Part shown: positions 62,672 through 64,000 of the stretch, in pieces
Layout: every line of letters starts with the position of its first letter
Position numbering within the stretch: the first letter of the stretch is position 1
Assembly: GCA_035221665.1 (NCBI GenBank)
Contig: CM069153.1
Span: forward strand, 36,704,001-36,768,000
DNA from: Okamejei kenojei
Lineage: Eukaryota
DNA length: 64,000 bases
Reading direction: 5' to 3'
The notes under the pieces: model-generated
The model's input: only the letters and a program-made list of their open reading frames with translations
The model's database searches: none
What the model was told of the DNA's origin: nothing
Made by a program: the position numbers and the translations under genes

Positions 62672-64000
62672 GGGTACACAAAAGGCTGGAGAAACTCAGC
62701 GGGTGCAGCAGCATCTAAGGAGCGAAGGAGATAGGCAATGTTTCGGGTTGAGACCCTTCTTCAGACTGGTCAGGGATCAGGGAAACAAGAGATATAGACG
62801 GTGATGTGGAGAGATATGCAAAAAAGTATCAATGATAAAGGGAACAAGCCTCGATTCTTCAGCATCTGCAGTTCCTTCTTTAACACTTTGTCTACTCCAC
62901 TGCGATATCTCCTCAAGCCATTGTAAGCTGTTTGTGGTGTGAAAATGAGAAGCTGGTGCGACTAGGGTGGGGGAGGGAGATAGAGAGAGAGGGAATGCCA
63001 GGGCCCGAGGGCTGAGGGAGAGGTGGGAAGGGGAGGAGACAGCAAGGGTTAACAGAATTGAGAAAATTCAATGTTCAAGCCCAAAGGATGCAGGCTCCCC
63101 AAGCGGAATATGAGGTGCTGTTCCTCCAACTTGCGGTGTTGCTCACTCTGGCCGTGGAGGAGGCCCAGGACCGAGAGGTCGGATACGGAATGGGAGGGGG
63201 TTGAAGTGCTGAGCCACCGGGAGGTCGGGTTGGTTAATGCGGACCGAGCGGAGGTGTTCGGCGAAACGATCGCCAAGCCTCCGCTTGGTCTCACCGATAT
63301 AGATCATCTGGCATCTGGAGCAGCGGATGCAGTAGATGAGGTTGGAGGAGGTGCAGGTGAACCTCTGTCGGACCTGGAAGGACTGCTTGGGTCCCTGAAA
63401 GGAGTGGAGGGGGGAGGTGAAGGGACAAGTGTAGCATTTCTTGCGGTTGCAAGGGAAAGTGCCCGGGGAAGGGGTTAGAGCGGGAGGGAAGGGAAGAATT
63501 GACAAGGGAGTTGCGGATGGAGCGGTCTTTGCGGAAGGCAGACGGGGGGAGATGGGAAGATGTGGCGAGTGGAGGGGTCACGTTGGAGGCGGCGAAACTG
63601 GCGGAGGACTATGTGTTGTATTTGCCGCTGGTGGGGTGAAAGATGAGGACCATGGGGACTCTGCCCTGTTTGCGAATGGGGGAATGGGGAGAGAGGGCAG
63701 TGTTGCGGGGTATGGAGCAGGCCCTGGGGGAGGGGAATCCCCATTCTCTGAAAAATGAGGCCATTTGTGATGACCTGGTGTGGAACACCTCATCCTGGGA
63801 GCAGATGCGGTGTAGTTGGAGGAATTGGGAATAGGGGATGGAGTCCTTACAGGAAGTAGGGTGGGAGGAAGAGTAGTCCAGGTAGCTGTGGGAGTCAGTT
63901 AGTTTGTAGTGGATGTCGGTCAGGAGTGTATCACCTGCAATAGAGATGGTGAGGTCAAGAAATGGTAGGGAAATGTCGGAAATGGTCCAAGTGTATTTGA
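62672..64000 (-). mobile_element. Penelope-like retroelement of the same family, running off the window end
   Basis: ORFs 63143-63505 and 63049-63294 give CNRKKCYTC…NLIYCIRCSRCQMIYIGETKRRLGDRFAEH…GLNIEFSQF; DIHYK/DSHSYLDYSSSHP upstream; terminal repeat with hammerhead-like motif at ~62737-62764; frameshifts present. Confidence 0.92.

Noticed and set aside
61577-64000. TMEM260 exon 2 (expected ELI..A..LG)
   Set aside because: Not found; the region is G-rich intron plus LINE/PLE remnants, so the exon probably lies beyond the window

Overview
Vertebrate genomic DNA. The repeat landscape (CR1 LINEs, HE1/V-SINE-like tRNA SINEs, Penelope-like elements, Rex1/Babar fragments) suggests a cartilaginous fish, probably a skate or ray (inference). 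The minus strand carries the 5' half of LLGL2 (lethal giant larvae homolog 2): 12 coding exons from ATG 25270 down to 824 (1,476 nt, 492 codons, continuous frame), plus a probable non-coding first exon in a CpG-rich patch near 55.9 kb. One LLGL2 intron (13609-16410) is U12-type. About 5.5 kb away on the plus strand, head-to-head, is exon 1 of a TMEM260-family gene (…VPGGDSG, phase-1 donor), preceded by a 9-copy GC-rich minisatellite. The most notable non-genic signal is a Penelope-like element system. It includes RT/GIY-YIG remnants and more than a dozen short terminal-repeat insertions carrying a minimal hammerhead-ribozyme core (CTGAAGA-A-GGGT-CTCG-ACCC-GAAACGTC), several as inverted hairpin pairs with target-site duplications. 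Also present is a 1.13-kb hAT-like foldback element containing a 69-bp loopless palindrome. Repeat boundaries are approximate and were read by eye.
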